NCBI GenBank assembly: GCA_016618085.1
Contig: JABLTG010000010.1
Span: forward strand, 62,001-126,000
Direction: 5' to 3'
Origin: Neovahlkampfia damariscottae
Taxonomy: Eukaryota
Length of the DNA: 64,000 bases
The first letter of the stretch is position 1; each line of letters starts with the position of its first letter. Under the pieces are notes generated by a model. The model was not told where the DNA came from and did no database searches. It worked only from the letters and a program-made list of their open reading frames with translations. A program made the position numbers and the translations under genes. Positions 1-14,577 of the stretch are shown here, in pieces.

Positions 1-769
1 GAGAATTGAACATGAAAAGAGGTTAGAAAATATGAAAGAAACAACTCCTTGGGTGTCTTTAAATGCTTTAATTTTTGATAATTCATTTATTAGAGGTTCT
101 GATTCAGAAGAGAAATTAATTCAGGAAAATAGAAGATTAACAGATACAATGATTCAATATCAAAAAGATTCTGAGATACCAAATACACCAACAAGTCCTA
201 TTAGTTCATCTAATGAATTATCTTCTTCAAAAGGTGATGAAAATATTTTACAAACTTTGACTTCGGATCCAAATTTATTGACACAATTATTAGGTATGTT
301 ACAACAACCAACAACAAATGAAAGTGTAAAACAACCTGAAAAATCAACAAATCCTTATTCAACAATTCAATCATCAACAAATCCTTATTCAACGATTCAA
401 CAAACATCAACAAATTTTTATTCATCTGTTGGTTCAATGAGTGGAGGAGGGGGTGGTGGTGGGTATACTACTTCTATTAATGGTAGTGATGGTGATAGTT
501 ATCAATCAAATCCTTATCAATCTTCAAATCCTTACAGTAGTATTTCAAATTATTATTCAACACAAAATACACAACCTGGTTATTCAAATGAATATTCACA
601 AATGTTGAAACAACAAATACCATCTGTACAATCACAACAACCATATAGTGTTGAAGAAATGAATGATCCAACAACTCAACAAAGATGTAAATTTTATAAT
701 ACACCTACTGGATGTAAAAAAGGTTCAAATTGTCAATATTTACACTCAAGAGATGATTATCGAATATAA
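1..769 (+). CDS. 3' part of a PNUTS/PPP1R10-like protein with a C-terminal CCCH zinc finger (5' end outside the window)
   Basis: Open frame from the window start; 'RGSDSEEKLIQENRR...IPNTPTSP' resembles the PNUTS C-terminal region; ends in CKFYNTPTGCKKGSNCQYLH (C-x8-C-x5-C-x3-H). Confidence 0.55.
   Translation, partial: RIEHEKRLENMKETTPWVSLNALIFDNSFIRGSDSEEKLIQENRRLTDTMIQYQKDSEIPNTPTSPISSSNELSSSKGDENILQTLTSDPNLLTQLLGMLQQPTTNESVKQPEKSTNPYSTIQSSTNPYSTIQQTSTNFYSSVGSMSGGGGGGGYTTSINGSDGDSYQSNPYQSSNPYSSISNYYSTQNTQPGYSNEYSQMLKQQIPSVQSQQPYSVEEMNDPTTQQRCKFYNTPTGCKKGSNCQYLHSRDDYRI
343..423 (+). repeat. 30-nt coding tandem repeat encoding STNPYSTIQ(S/Q), about 2.5 copies
   Basis: tcaacaaatccttattcaac(a/g)attcaa repeated at 30-nt spacing. 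Confidence 0.8.
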
Positions 770-787
770 TAAATAACTTTTTTTTTT

Positions 788-1312
788 TTATTTAAAACTT
801 GGATTTGTCCATGACAAAATAATTTCAGATTCTAATTTTTCATTTTTATGGAAACGATTTTTTAATTTTCCTTCTTGTTCAAAACCACAACTTTCGTAAT
901 ATTTAATCAATTTTGTATTTGATTCTGCTGTTGAAGCTACAAGAAAATTATTTTTTTTTTTTTTTTTTTTCAAACCTTGGACAGTTGAAATGTTTTCATT
1001 TTCAGTTTCAATCACACTCAAAAATTGTTGGATTAATTCTTTTCCTAGTCCTTGTTTTTGATGATCTGAATGAAGTAAAACAGTGAAACGATTTAAATAA
1101 TGTGAGTTAAAATCATTTAAAGCAAGTTGAACAGCAAAAGCAGCTCCAATAACTTCACTTTTAAAAGTAGCTACAACACAAATTCCTGCATGAATAGCAG
1201 TATACGCAATATTATCTAAGTCTTGTTGAGTTTCATAATTCATTGTTTTCATTATTTTTTTTAAAGATTCTTCATCTTTATCAGTCGCCATTCGAAACTG
1301 TACACTGGACAT
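788..1312 (-). CDS. GNAT-family N-acetyltransferase with one probable in-frame 39-nt intron
   Basis: Motif A 'HQKQGLGKELI' and motif B 'NTKLIKYYESCGF'; the poly-K run is a gtttg...gtag intron. Confidence 0.85.
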   Translation of the reverse strand: MSSVQFRMATDKDEESLKKIMKTMNYETQQDLDNIAYTAIHAGICVVATFKSEVIGAAFAVQLALNDFNSHYLNRFTVLLHSDHQKQGLGKELIQQFLSVIETENENISTVQGLKKKKKKNNFLVASTAESNTKLIKYYESCGFEQEGKLKNRFHKNEKLESEIILSWTNPSFK

Positions 1313-1387
1313 CTTTTGTGTGTGATTTTCTTTCCTACTTTTTTATTGGTCTATAAAAATAAACTGAAAAAAAACAAAAATTTTTTT

Positions 1388-2567
1388 TTATTTTAATTTT
1401 GAAACCATTTTTTTATCTTTTGAAATTTCATTAGTCAATTCATTTAAAGCTTCTGATTTTGTCATTTTTTTTTCTGTTGATGAATTTGTATTTTTATTCA
1501 AAGCATTAAACACAGACATTGCTTGAGCCATCATACCTGATACATCACCAACATTTGAAGGAAGAATTAAAGTATTTGTTTTTTGAGCCAATTTACCAAA
1601 TTGTTGAACATAGTCTCTTGCAATTTGAAATTGAATTGCTTTATCACCATTTGATGATTGAATAGCTTTTGAAATTATTTCAATAGCTTCTGATTGTGCT
1701 ATTGCTTTTTGTTGAATTGCAAATGCTTGACCTAAAGCCATATTTTTTTCTTCTTCCATTTGAGCTTGTGAATTCTTAATCAAAGCAATTTTCTTTCCTT
1801 CAGCTACATTAGAATCAAACTCTTTTTGTGCTTCAGATTCTAAAATTTTTTGTCTTTTTTTTCTTTCTGCTTCAGCTTCTAATTCCATGGCAATTTTAAT
1901 TTGTGTTGGAACATGCATCTAAAATGTTAAAATTTGAGTTTTTTGTTTACATCTTTAATTTCATATCTTTCAATAGAAATACCCCAATTTGAAGCAACTT
2001 TTTCAATAGAACTTACAATATTCAAATTTAATGCTTGTCTTTCACTGAAAGTTTTGTCTAAAATTATTTTACCAATTTCAGCTCTCATTGTTGTTTGTGC
2101 TAAATTACTAACAGCAAAAAATGGATTTTCAACTTCATAAGAAGCTTTTCTTGGATCAATAATTTTTATATAAACCACACCTGAAAAAAATTAAAAAACT
2201 GAAAAAAACTAACCATCAATTTGAATTTGAACATTGTCTTTTGTGATAGCCTAAACAATCAAAAGTTATTTTAAGACCTTACCGTTTGTTGTTTAATTGG
2301 GAATGCTATCTCTTTGGTAGAGTGGACGTAAGCAATAGAATCAATAACTGGAAGTAGAAAATTTAAACCAGGTTCTAGAACTTTATGAAATTTTCCAAAT
2401 CTTTCAACTACATATAATTGACCTTACTTTTAAGAATATTATTAAATTGTACCTTGAGGAACCATATTTATGATAGTATTGGCTTTTGTAACTCTTTCAA
2501 CTTTTAAGATATCTGTGTTATATAATCTTTTGAATGACTTTTTTAAAACGGTTTTTGGAATGAACAT
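1388..2567 (-). CDS. STOML2: Stomatin-like protein 2 (SPFH/Band-7), 4 introns
   Basis: Spliced 'VPQGQLYVVERFGKFHKVLEPGL...AITKDNVQIQIDGVVY...LAQTTMRAEIGK...AEAERKKR'; mitochondrial-type N-terminus. Confidence 0.9.
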
Positions 2568-2643
2568 TTTGGTTTTGTTCTTGTTGTGAAAAATTTAGTT
2601 GAAAGAATTATCCAATAAAATCGTTTTGAAAAAAATAATTTTT

Positions 2644-3738
2644 TTATTGATCTAAATTTACTTTGAGAGGATAATTTGATTCTTTAAATCCAAATTTATC
2701 ATCATTTCGATGAACAACTTCATCAACTTTAATTCTCTTTTTTAAGATTGAACAATTATTGGCTTGAACTAAAGCCTCAGAATGAACATCTAAAAATGTT
2801 ATTTAAAATGAAAAATATTTACGAATAACATTATCTTTTGGACTGAATTTGATATTATGAAGAAAAAATGATTTTACATTTTTATCAAGTTCAAAAATAT
2901 AATCTTCTTTGAAATCATTTCTTCCTGTAGTGATGGTAACATTACCAATTCCAAAAAGAATAACACCATCTTTTTTAATTTTTAATGGTTTTTCAACTAA
3001 AAAATGACCATCTTTTGTTGCTGTTCCTGAATCAGGACCTCCAAATAAAACTAAAGTGCGATGTTGTGGATTGCTATTCGCATTAATATAATCAATAGCA
3101 TCACCAATTCCAAGTAAAAAACAAGCATTTTGAAGACATAAAACAACATTTTTCAAAGGATCTTTTCTTGTATGAATTCCTAAACCATTAAAAAATTGTT
3201 TTAAAAAAAAAATACCTGTTAAAACTAACTTCTTTTCAATTTCTTCATTTTCATTATATAAAAGAGGATCACATCCAAATCCTTCAGCTTCTAATTCTAA
3301 TTCTAATTTTGCTGTTGTTGTTGTATGTGAAGATAAGTCAAGTTTTATGACTTTTGATTTACTATCAGATGTTTTTCTTGGAAGAGAAGATAAATTTACA
3401 AAACCTATTCCAAGATTTTTTTGTGACTCACCACTTCCTTTCACACCGTCTCTAATGATGATACTTAATAAATTATTTTTTGGTTCAAAATCTTTGAATT
3501 TGTGTGTGAAATTACCAAATGTCCAAGAACCAGAAGATCCTGTATAACTTGATTTTGAAGTTTAAAATGTGAAATTTTCTTACGTTGGTTTTACTTTTGC
3601 TGTTGTAACTGTAGCACAACCTGGAAGTTGAAAAGTAACAACAGGTTCTAATTTATCAGAACCTTTCCCATCACTTCCAAGATTTTCAGCTTTTTTTAAA
3701 ATAACAGTGAGAGTGACTTGATTTTTGTTCCCAAACAT
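2644..3738 (-). CDS. C2-domain protein with an uncharacterised C-terminal domain, 3 introns
   Basis: N-terminal 'LTVILKKAENL...DKLEPVVTF...LSIIIRD...NLGIGFVNLSSLP' C2 pattern; GT-AG introns restore the frame to a stop at 2644. Confidence 0.7.
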
Positions 3739-3767
3739 AATTGACCAATAAAAATGAAATAAAATTT

Positions 3768-4380
3768 TTATTCAGAAAAGAAATCTAATAAACTTTTACC
3801 CTTTTCCATTTCATGTAAAAAATTATAAAATTGAGGTAAATCTAATTCAATAAATTCATCTTTTCCATTGATGTTTAATTTCAATTGAAGAAATGTAGCC
3901 CCTACCTCTGATAATTCACTTGAACTTACTGAAACTCCAAATCTCCAATCAATATCATTCAAAGAATTCACTGATAATTTTGATACATTTTGTGTTATTG
4001 TTCTATAGTACTTTTTAAAAACATTGTCCATAAAAATTTGTTTATCTTCATCTTGAAATAAATTGGATTCCATTTGATTCTAAATATTAAAAAAAAAAAA
4101 AAAAAAACTTGTTTAATTGACTTTTGAAAAGTGACTGTTAAAATTTTAACATAAACTGCTAATTTTCTGGTTGGAATTTCACTTTTTTGAGAAAGTGGTT
4201 CTAGTGCTGATAATAGTCCTTCTAAATCTAATTTTGCTTCTCCTTTTTTGAAAATTGTAAATTTTTTCAATCAGGTTTACCAGATAATAATTTAATTGAT
4301 GCTTGAACAAGTGATTTAAATATATCAAGTGATACATCATTTATTTGAGATATATTTTCTGTTAATTCTGTGGTTGACAT
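3768..4380 (-). CDS. COMMD7: COMM domain protein 7, 2 introns
   Basis: 'LNDIDWRFGVSVSSSELSEVGATFLQLKL...ELDLPQFYNFLHEME' matches the COMMD7 COMM domain. Confidence 0.85.
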
Positions 4381-4507
4381 TTAGATTCTAAGTGATACAA
4401 AAAATGAAGATTCTAACCACTTGAAAAATCTAATTGGATAAAAAATCTTTAAAAAATAAAAGTTTTTCAAAGTCAACAAAAAAAACAAATAAACAAAAGT
4501 TATAATT

Positions 4508-5778
4508 TTATTTTTCTTTATTTTTTTTATCTTTTTCATTTCTCTTAGTTTCTCTTTTTTTTCTAATTTCTGAATAAAGTCTTTCACGATAATCGCTGAT
4601 TGAATATTTTGTATTATCATCAAAATAGAGTTTAATAACAACTTTACATTCTGGTTCATCATCTGGATTATGAAACATTGAAACATATTTATGTTTCAAA
4701 GATTTTTCAGCTGTAATTCTCTTTTCTGGATTAAATTGAAGCATTTGTTTCATAATATCAAGTTGATCTGATTTCGCTTTTGAATACATATCTTTTAATG
4801 ATTTTGTTTCAACATCTTGAATTGATTCTAACATTGAAGCAGCAAAAGCGGATTGAATTGAATCAATATCTTCAGTTGATGGATATCCTGTAACTGAAAT
4901 AATTCTTTCTAATTGATTCATTGTCGAAGTACCAGGAAACATTGGTTTATTTGAAATTAATTCTCCCATAATACATCCAATTGACCAAATATCAACACCT
5001 TTTGTGTATTTTGTTGATCCTAATAAAATTTCTGGTGCGCGATACCAACGTGTAGCTACGTAATCAGTTAAAACTGGTCCTTCATCTTTTTGAACAGAAT
5101 GAATACTTCTAGCAAGCCCAAAATCAGCTAATTTCATATGACATTCTGAATTTAATAAAAGATTTGATGGTTTGATATCTCTATGAAGAAGATTTCCTTT
5201 TATAAAAAAAAAAATTAAATGACTTATTCTTTAGGTACCTGTATGGATGTATTTCATAGTTTTTAAAAGTTGGTAAATAATATATTGTTTATGAATATCT
5301 TCTAAAATATTTGCTCTAATAACAGCATGAAGATCAGTATCTGTAACAAAAGTGTTTCAAAAAAAAAAAAATAAAATTCTTACCCATATATTCAAAAACT
5401 AAATAAATGTCTTTGTCATTATCAGCTTTTAAAACGTTTAAAAGACGAATGATATTGTCATGATGAAGATTTTGAAGAAACATAATTTCTCTGTAAGTTC
5501 TTTGAGCATCTGTTGCATTTTGAAAAGCGTCAAAAATCTTTTTTAAAGCAATCACTTGGTTAGTTTTTTTATCTGTTGCTTTCCATACAATACCATAAGC
5601 CTAAAAAAACAAAAATGTCAGAATTTTTTTTTTTTTTTTTTTTTTTTTTTACTCCTTTTCCTAATTTTGCTCCAATTTCGTATTTACGAAGTACCTTTGT
5701 TTTTAAAAAATAATAAAAAAGATACATGCTTAACAGTTTTAGAAAATGAAAACAAACCTTATCAATTTCTTCTGACAT
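4508..5778 (-). CDS. MAPK15: Atypical MAP kinase ERK7/8 (ErkB-like) with a TDY activation loop, 5 introns
   Basis: '[24 protein letters not shown]', '[20 protein letters not shown]', 'HRDIKPSN', 'DFGLARS', '[14 protein letters not shown]'. Confidence 0.95.
5726..5728 (-). other. 3-nt microexon (CAT, His) in MAPK15
   Basis: Flanked by a 29-nt gtttg...aag intron and a 31-nt gtatc...aag intron; restores the IDK-H-VLRKY start typical of ErkB/MAPK15. Confidence 0.8.
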
Positions 5779-5897
5779 GTTTTTTTCAGTTTACTCAAAA
5801 TGATTTTATTGGTTTATATCAATTGACCAATCATTTATATCCAATTTAATTTTTTTGTTTTTCTTTAAAAAAAGGCATTTTAAACATAAAATAAAAT

Positions 5898-6460
5898 TTA
5901 TTCGGATTGAACAAATTTTTCATAATCTTCTGGTGTCATTAACTTTTCTTTCCAATTTGGATCCGTAACTTTTACTTTCATGAACCAACCTTTTCCAAAT
6001 GGATCTGTATTAACAAATTCAGAACTATTATTTTTCAATTTCAATTTTTTTTTACTCTTGTTCCAAGTTATTAATTTCGACAACTTCACCGGAAACTGGT
6101 GAAAAAATTTCAGAGACTGTTTTAACAGATTCTTTCAATATTTGTTAATCTATTATATTTCATACCTATATCTCCAATTCTTTCATCTGTTTCAACGGCA
6201 TCACCTATTTCTTTATTTATTCCAACGTAAGTTATATCACCTAATTGATCTTGTGCATGGTCAGACACACCTTTGATATATCATTAAAAAATAATTATTT
6301 TATTACCAACTGTTCCAATAATTTCATAACCATCTCCGTCTATACGAATCCATTCATGATCTTTTGAGTAGAAAACTGTTTTGTCGATTTTTGAATAAAA
6401 TCTAGGGTTTGGTTTAACTGTGAGAAATTGTTTTCTTGTATTTCTTAATACTCTGAACAT
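5898..6460 (-). CDS. GCSH: Glycine cleavage system H protein, mitochondrial, 3 introns
   Basis: 'YSKDHEWI', 'GVSDHAQDQLGDITYV', lipoyl motif 'IESVKTVSEIFSPVSGEV', 'VNTDPFGKGW'. Confidence 0.95.
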
Positions 6461-6506
6461 GCTTTTTTGTGTTGTTGGTTTTATTCCAAAACGATTTTAT
6501 TGGTTG

Positions 6507-7273
6507 ATGATTTTTGTCGGTTGGTTAAATGTTTCAGGGCTGGTGTTGACGGATAATGAATTCGAACTCCTTTTGAAATTTTTAGAACCTATTGAAGTAG
6601 AAAGGATAAGAAAGTTTTATCACAGAATTGATAGAATTCGAAGTGCAGTTGGTCAATTTCTGGTGAAAAGAAAATTATCAGAGATTTTAAAAATAAAAAT
6701 GAAAGAAATTGAAATCAAACGTAGTCATTTAAATAAACCATATATAATATCAAATGATTTACCCAATTTGAATTTCAATATTTCTCACTCTGGTGATTGT
6801 GTTGGTTTGATGAAAAATTTGTACTTTTTTAACTTCTAGTATATGTTATTTGTGATGAAAATCCAGTCGGTATTGATGTTGAAAAGGTTGAAAAAAAACC
6901 TAAGAATTGCTCAGATGAAGATTTTTTCAGCTATTTTACTCATTGTTTCACAAAGTTTGGAATTTTTTCATTAAACTGTTTTTTAAGAAAGGAATGGCAA
7001 GAAATTAAAAAACTTGATGATTTCTTTACATATTGGACTCTTAAAGAAAGTTTTATAAAAACTTCAGGATTAGGTTTAAAACACAATTTACAAGAGATAG
7101 AATTTGAAAAAAAGGAATTAGAATATTTTATCCAAAAAGAAAAAAATTTACAATTCAAAACGATGAAATTAAATGAAAACCATATTCTAAGCTTAACATA
7201 TTCAGACAAAGAAGAAAAAAATTTCGAAATTAGGGAAGAATTTATTGATCAATTACAAAATTATTTTCTTTAA
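6507..7273 (+). CDS. AASDHPPT: Sfp-type 4'-phosphopantetheinyl transferase, 2 introns
   Basis: 'FNISHSGDCV', 'VGIDVE', 'YWTLKESFIKTSGLGL'. Confidence 0.9.
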
Positions 7274-7908
7274 ATAACTTTTTCTTTTTAGAATCCAATT
7301 CAAGTTCAGTCAAATCTGCAATTTCCTTTCTCTTCAAAGGTGATATCATATCATGTTTAATTTGTCTTGGAGATTGAACTTCTTCAAAATTTGATTCAGA
7401 AGCCATCATTTTTCTTGGGCTGACAAGATTTTTGATATTTTGGAATGGTGTTTTTTTGTTTGAAATTTCTTGTTTTAAAAATTCATTTTCTCTTTTTTTT
7501 TCATTGTATTCTTTTTCAATTTCTCTTAGGAAAAAGTGTTAAAAATAATATTTGTTTTCAAACTGGAATCTATGTTTATAGACCACTAATTCAACCCTAC
7601 TACTTTCTTGTTCTCTGAAATAGAAATCTAATAATCTTTCTTTTTGATCTAATTCAGATTTTGTTGTCAAGAGGTCTTTCTCCGATTCTGAGAGTTCACT
7701 TCTTAGTTTTTCGACAGTTGATGATAGTTTTTCATTCTATTTTGTTAAATTGATTATTTTTACTTTTTCTTGAAGTATTTCTTTTTCTTTATTCTGAAGT
7801 TTAATCAAAGTCTTCCATTCTGCTTCTCTATCAAGAAATCTATCAAAATCTATTAATTAAATTAATAAAATACTTTTGTTTCCAGTCTTGTTGTTCTTCA
7901 GTTGTCAT
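7242..7908 (-). CDS. Hypothetical coiled-coil protein with C-terminal SP-R/K sites (absent from the ORF track), 3 introns
   Basis: MTTEEQQDWKQKFDRFLDREAEWK... is continuous after removing 24-, 27- and about 38-nt GT-AG introns; CCAAT boxes upstream. Confidence 0.65.
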
Positions 7909-8044
7909 GATTTTAGTTGTGTGTAAACAGAGAAACCGTTAGTATATTTAATTGGCCAATTCCAATGATTTTTTGGCGTATAAAAAAGAGACCAATAAAA
8001 GATCATCTTCAAAAAAATTCTCTTTATTTTTAATTTTTTCCTAA

Positions 8045-9170
8045 TTATTCAGAATGGTCCGACCACTTTCCCAATATTGTTGTATTTTTAAATTGAAGTT
8101 CCGCTCCTTTGTATTCTTGTATCATGTGTTGAAGTTCTTCTTCTAATTTTGAGATACGTTCATCAGCAGCATTTTGCCAATGTTGTTCAGCTGACAATTG
8201 TCTTTCAAGTCTTTGTTTTTGTAAATCAACTCTTGATAATTCATCTGATAATTTTCCAATTCTTTCCTCACGTGTTTTGCATCTTTCTTTTTCTGCTAAA
8301 ATTTCTTGTCTAACTTGAGTTTGTTGTGAGTCTAAATAAGCAAGTTCATCTTTTAATCTAGCTTTTTCAGCTTCTCCTCTAAGTGATTCTGCGTCAACTT
8401 TTTTTTTTTCTGGTTGTTTTTTTTCAACTTGAGGAGTTGTTTGTGTTTTTTGTTGAGTTTGAGCAGCTTGTTGATTTTGTTTTTTTTCAACTTTTTCAGT
8501 TTCTTTTTTTTTTTCAACTTTTTTCTTTTCTTCAGTTCCTTTCTTTTCAACTTTCTTTTTTTCTTTTTTTTCTTCATTTGATTTTGTTGTTGTTGTTCCA
8601 TTTGAAGTTTCTTTTTGGAAAGTTTTTTGAACAAAAGCATTTTTTTGTGGTTTTTTTGGAATTGGTTTGTCTGACCAGTCATATCTGTATCTTCCTAAGT
8701 CTGGAACAAGTGTTTTTGGAAGTTTTTTTTCAGTGAAATAACTTTCAAGATTAACCATAAGTTGTTCTGTTGTTGCTTTTGACTTAAGTGCTTTGAGTGC
8801 TTTTTCAGCTGCTTCATGACTTTCATAAGTAACAAGAATGAAATTTCCATTTTGTAAACCATCAGAAATTTCTTCAACATTTCCTAAACTTTGGAGTGCT
8901 TTTGATAAACCTTTGAATCTTTCATCAATAAGTTGTGATCCTAATTTTGAACTAAATTGATAAAATTTTAGAAACGAAGGTTTCTAGTTATTACCTTTCG
9001 AGATCGTGGTTGCTAATTTTTCCAACGTAGAGAGTTTTGCTATTTTTAATATTTTTTTTGTAATTGGAATCTAATTGTTGTTGTTTTTTTTGATATCCAT
9101 TACCGTTGTTGTTTGTGACTTTTTTAAAAGTACCACCGTTGGTTTTGTTGTTGTTTTGTTTGGAAGACAT
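8045..9170 (-). CDS. RRM-like domain plus lysine-rich and coiled-coil regions, 1 intron
   Basis: 'KTLYVGKI' (RNP2-like) ... 'NFILVTYESHEAAEKALKAL' (RNP1-like); C-terminal coiled coil. Confidence 0.65.
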
Positions 9171-9420
9171 TGGGGAATATGATTGGCGAATAAACAACCA
9201 ATTAGAGGAATATTTATTTCCGAGAATTATTTCTTTATAGTTTCTTTAAAATATTGAAAATAAGGTTGAAAAAAACTGCAAAAATTTCGGAAATTTTTAC
9301 TTCAAATTGAAAAAACACATCAACTGATTTTTTTTGGATTGGTCGAAAGAAATGAAATGTGATGACGTTCTGAGTCTGAATTCCGAAACAAAATTTTATT
9401 TTTTTTTTATTGGTAAAGAT

Positions 9421-12628
<3,208 letters not shown>

Positions 12629-12706
12629 TGGTCGAATAAAAAAAAAAAAAAATTTCACCAAAAAAAGAGATTAAAATTTCCATTTTTTTATAATTCAAAA
12701 AAATGT

Positions 12707-13483
12707 TTATTCTTCATCATTCTTATCATCATCTTTATTTTCTGAGTTCCATAATGTTAAGTTATCACGAAGTAATTGCAAGATAAAGGTACAATCTTTG
12801 TAAGATTCGTCGTCAATTTTATCAATGTCAGCAGCAGCGTCATCAAATGCTTGTTTAGCTAATTGACAAGCTTTTTCTGGGGAATCCATAATTTCATAAT
12901 AGAAAACAGAAAAGTTAAGAGCCCAACCTAAACGAATTGGGTCTGTTGTTGCGAGTTTTTCAGTAGCAATATCTCCAGCAGCTGTATATGCTTCTAAAGC
13001 AGCTGTAGCAGCATCTTTTCTTTCTTCTTTTGTTTTGAATTCAGCTACATATCTATGATAATCACCTTTCATTTTGTAATAAAAGACATTTGAAGAACCA
13101 GATTTACTTGAAGGAATTAAATGTTCGCTCAAAAGAGTAGTTATTTCATCACTGATATCCTTAAGTTCCCTTTCAATTTTTGCTTGATATTCTTTGATAT
13201 GTCCAGCACGTTCTTCATTAACGTTTGGTTTGTTTTCTTCTTTAGCAGCTAAAGAATTAACAATTCTCCAAGCTGTTCTTCTTGTACCAATGACGTTTTT
13301 GTAAGCTACTGAAAGTAAATTTCTTTCTTCAGCTGTTGTTTCAACATCCATAGTTGCAACTTTTTTCATATATTGAACCATATCGTCATATCTTTGTGCT
13401 TCTTCTGCAAGTTTAGCCATAAAAACAAACTATGGGTTTTAATAAAATCAAAGGGTAAGTACTTCTTCTCTGGTTTCAGTCAT
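12707..13483 (-). CDS. 14-3-3 protein, 1 intron
   Basis: '[13 protein letters not shown]', '[15 protein letters not shown]', 'KMKGDYHRY', '[10 protein letters not shown]', '[10 protein letters not shown]'. Confidence 0.97.
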
Positions 13484-13680
13484 GACTTGTTGTTAGCGCT
13501 GTTTTGTGCGAAGTGAAAAAATAAAAGCTGATTGGCCAAATCAAATTAGATTTTTTTTAAAAGAGAATTGTCCAATCAACGAGCTAGATTTTTCATCGAC
13601 GTTGAAAACAAAATTTTAAAAAACTCTCTTTTAAATTCATTTGGAGTCAAATAAAACTTCAAAATAAAATTTATAAATAG

Positions 13681-14507
13681 ATGGATCAGGAAATATTAAA
13701 AAAAATTGAAAAATGTCCGCCAAGGCTCAATAAAGCAATTGTATCTTTTCAAAATGGTGATTCAAGAAAACATGGAAGACAGTATCCAACGTTTTTATTT
13801 TATCCTGAATTAGAAACTAAACCATTTTATGATGAAAAAGATTTTCTGTGGTCATCAGGTTTAGAATTTCACATTTTAACAAATATTTAGAATTAAAAAA
13901 AAATTACAAAAGAATACAAGAAGAGTTTTCAAAATTGAAAGTTGAAGAGTTTAAAGATATTAAATCCTCAACTGATGGAACCTGGAAACAGTTTAGTTTT
14001 TATTCAGAAGGTAAAGTAAGACCTAAGCAAAGTTTTTAAAAAAATATTTTCAAGAAAATGGAAGAAAATTGCAAAAAATGTCCATTCACATTCGAAATGA
14101 TTGAAAAAGTAACAGATTTAATGAAAGGTAAAAATCAAAAAAAAAAATTCAAAAAATTAAGATTTGTGTATTGGATATGTATATTTTTCAGTAATTTCTC
14201 CTGGAACACATATATTCACACATCATGGAGGTATACCAGAAATTTAATTTAAAATCATTTCAAAGTGTCAAATATTCGTCTGAGGTGTCAGTTACCTATT
14301 TTTGTTCAAGAAGAATGTTGGTTAAGAGTTGAAGATCAAGTGAGATATTATCAAGAAGGAAATGTTATGATATTTGATGATTCATATGATCATGAAGTTA
14401 AACATGAAGGATTCTTGACAAATCGAGTGGTTTTGTTAATTGATTTTTTTCATCCTGATTTATCACAACTTGAAAAAGAGTTGATCAAAGAATACTTTCC
14501 AAAATGA
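13681..14507 (+). CDS. Aspartyl/asparaginyl beta-hydroxylase-domain (ASPHD-like) 2OG dioxygenase, 4 introns
   Basis: 'NCKKCPFT', 'YFSVISPGTHIFTHHG', 'NIRLRCQLP', 'IFDDSYDHEVKH', 'RVVLLIDFFHPDL'. Confidence 0.85.
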
Positions 14508-14577
14508 AACTCAAAGATATATTAGTATGATATTGACTGGAGAAAACGAAAGAAAATGATCCAGAACTTCAAAAAAT

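Noticed and set aside
937..975. Poly-Lys or poly-Phe tracts in ORF translations (also near 5630, 11290, 28900, 32850)
   Set aside because: These are poly-A/T runs inside GT-AG mini-introns, not protein
8353..8736. Long overlapping or antisense ORFs (e.g. 8353-8682, 8383-8736, 23533-24078, 35407-35958)
   Set aside because: Shadow frames of real Lys/Glu-rich genes, with no motifs
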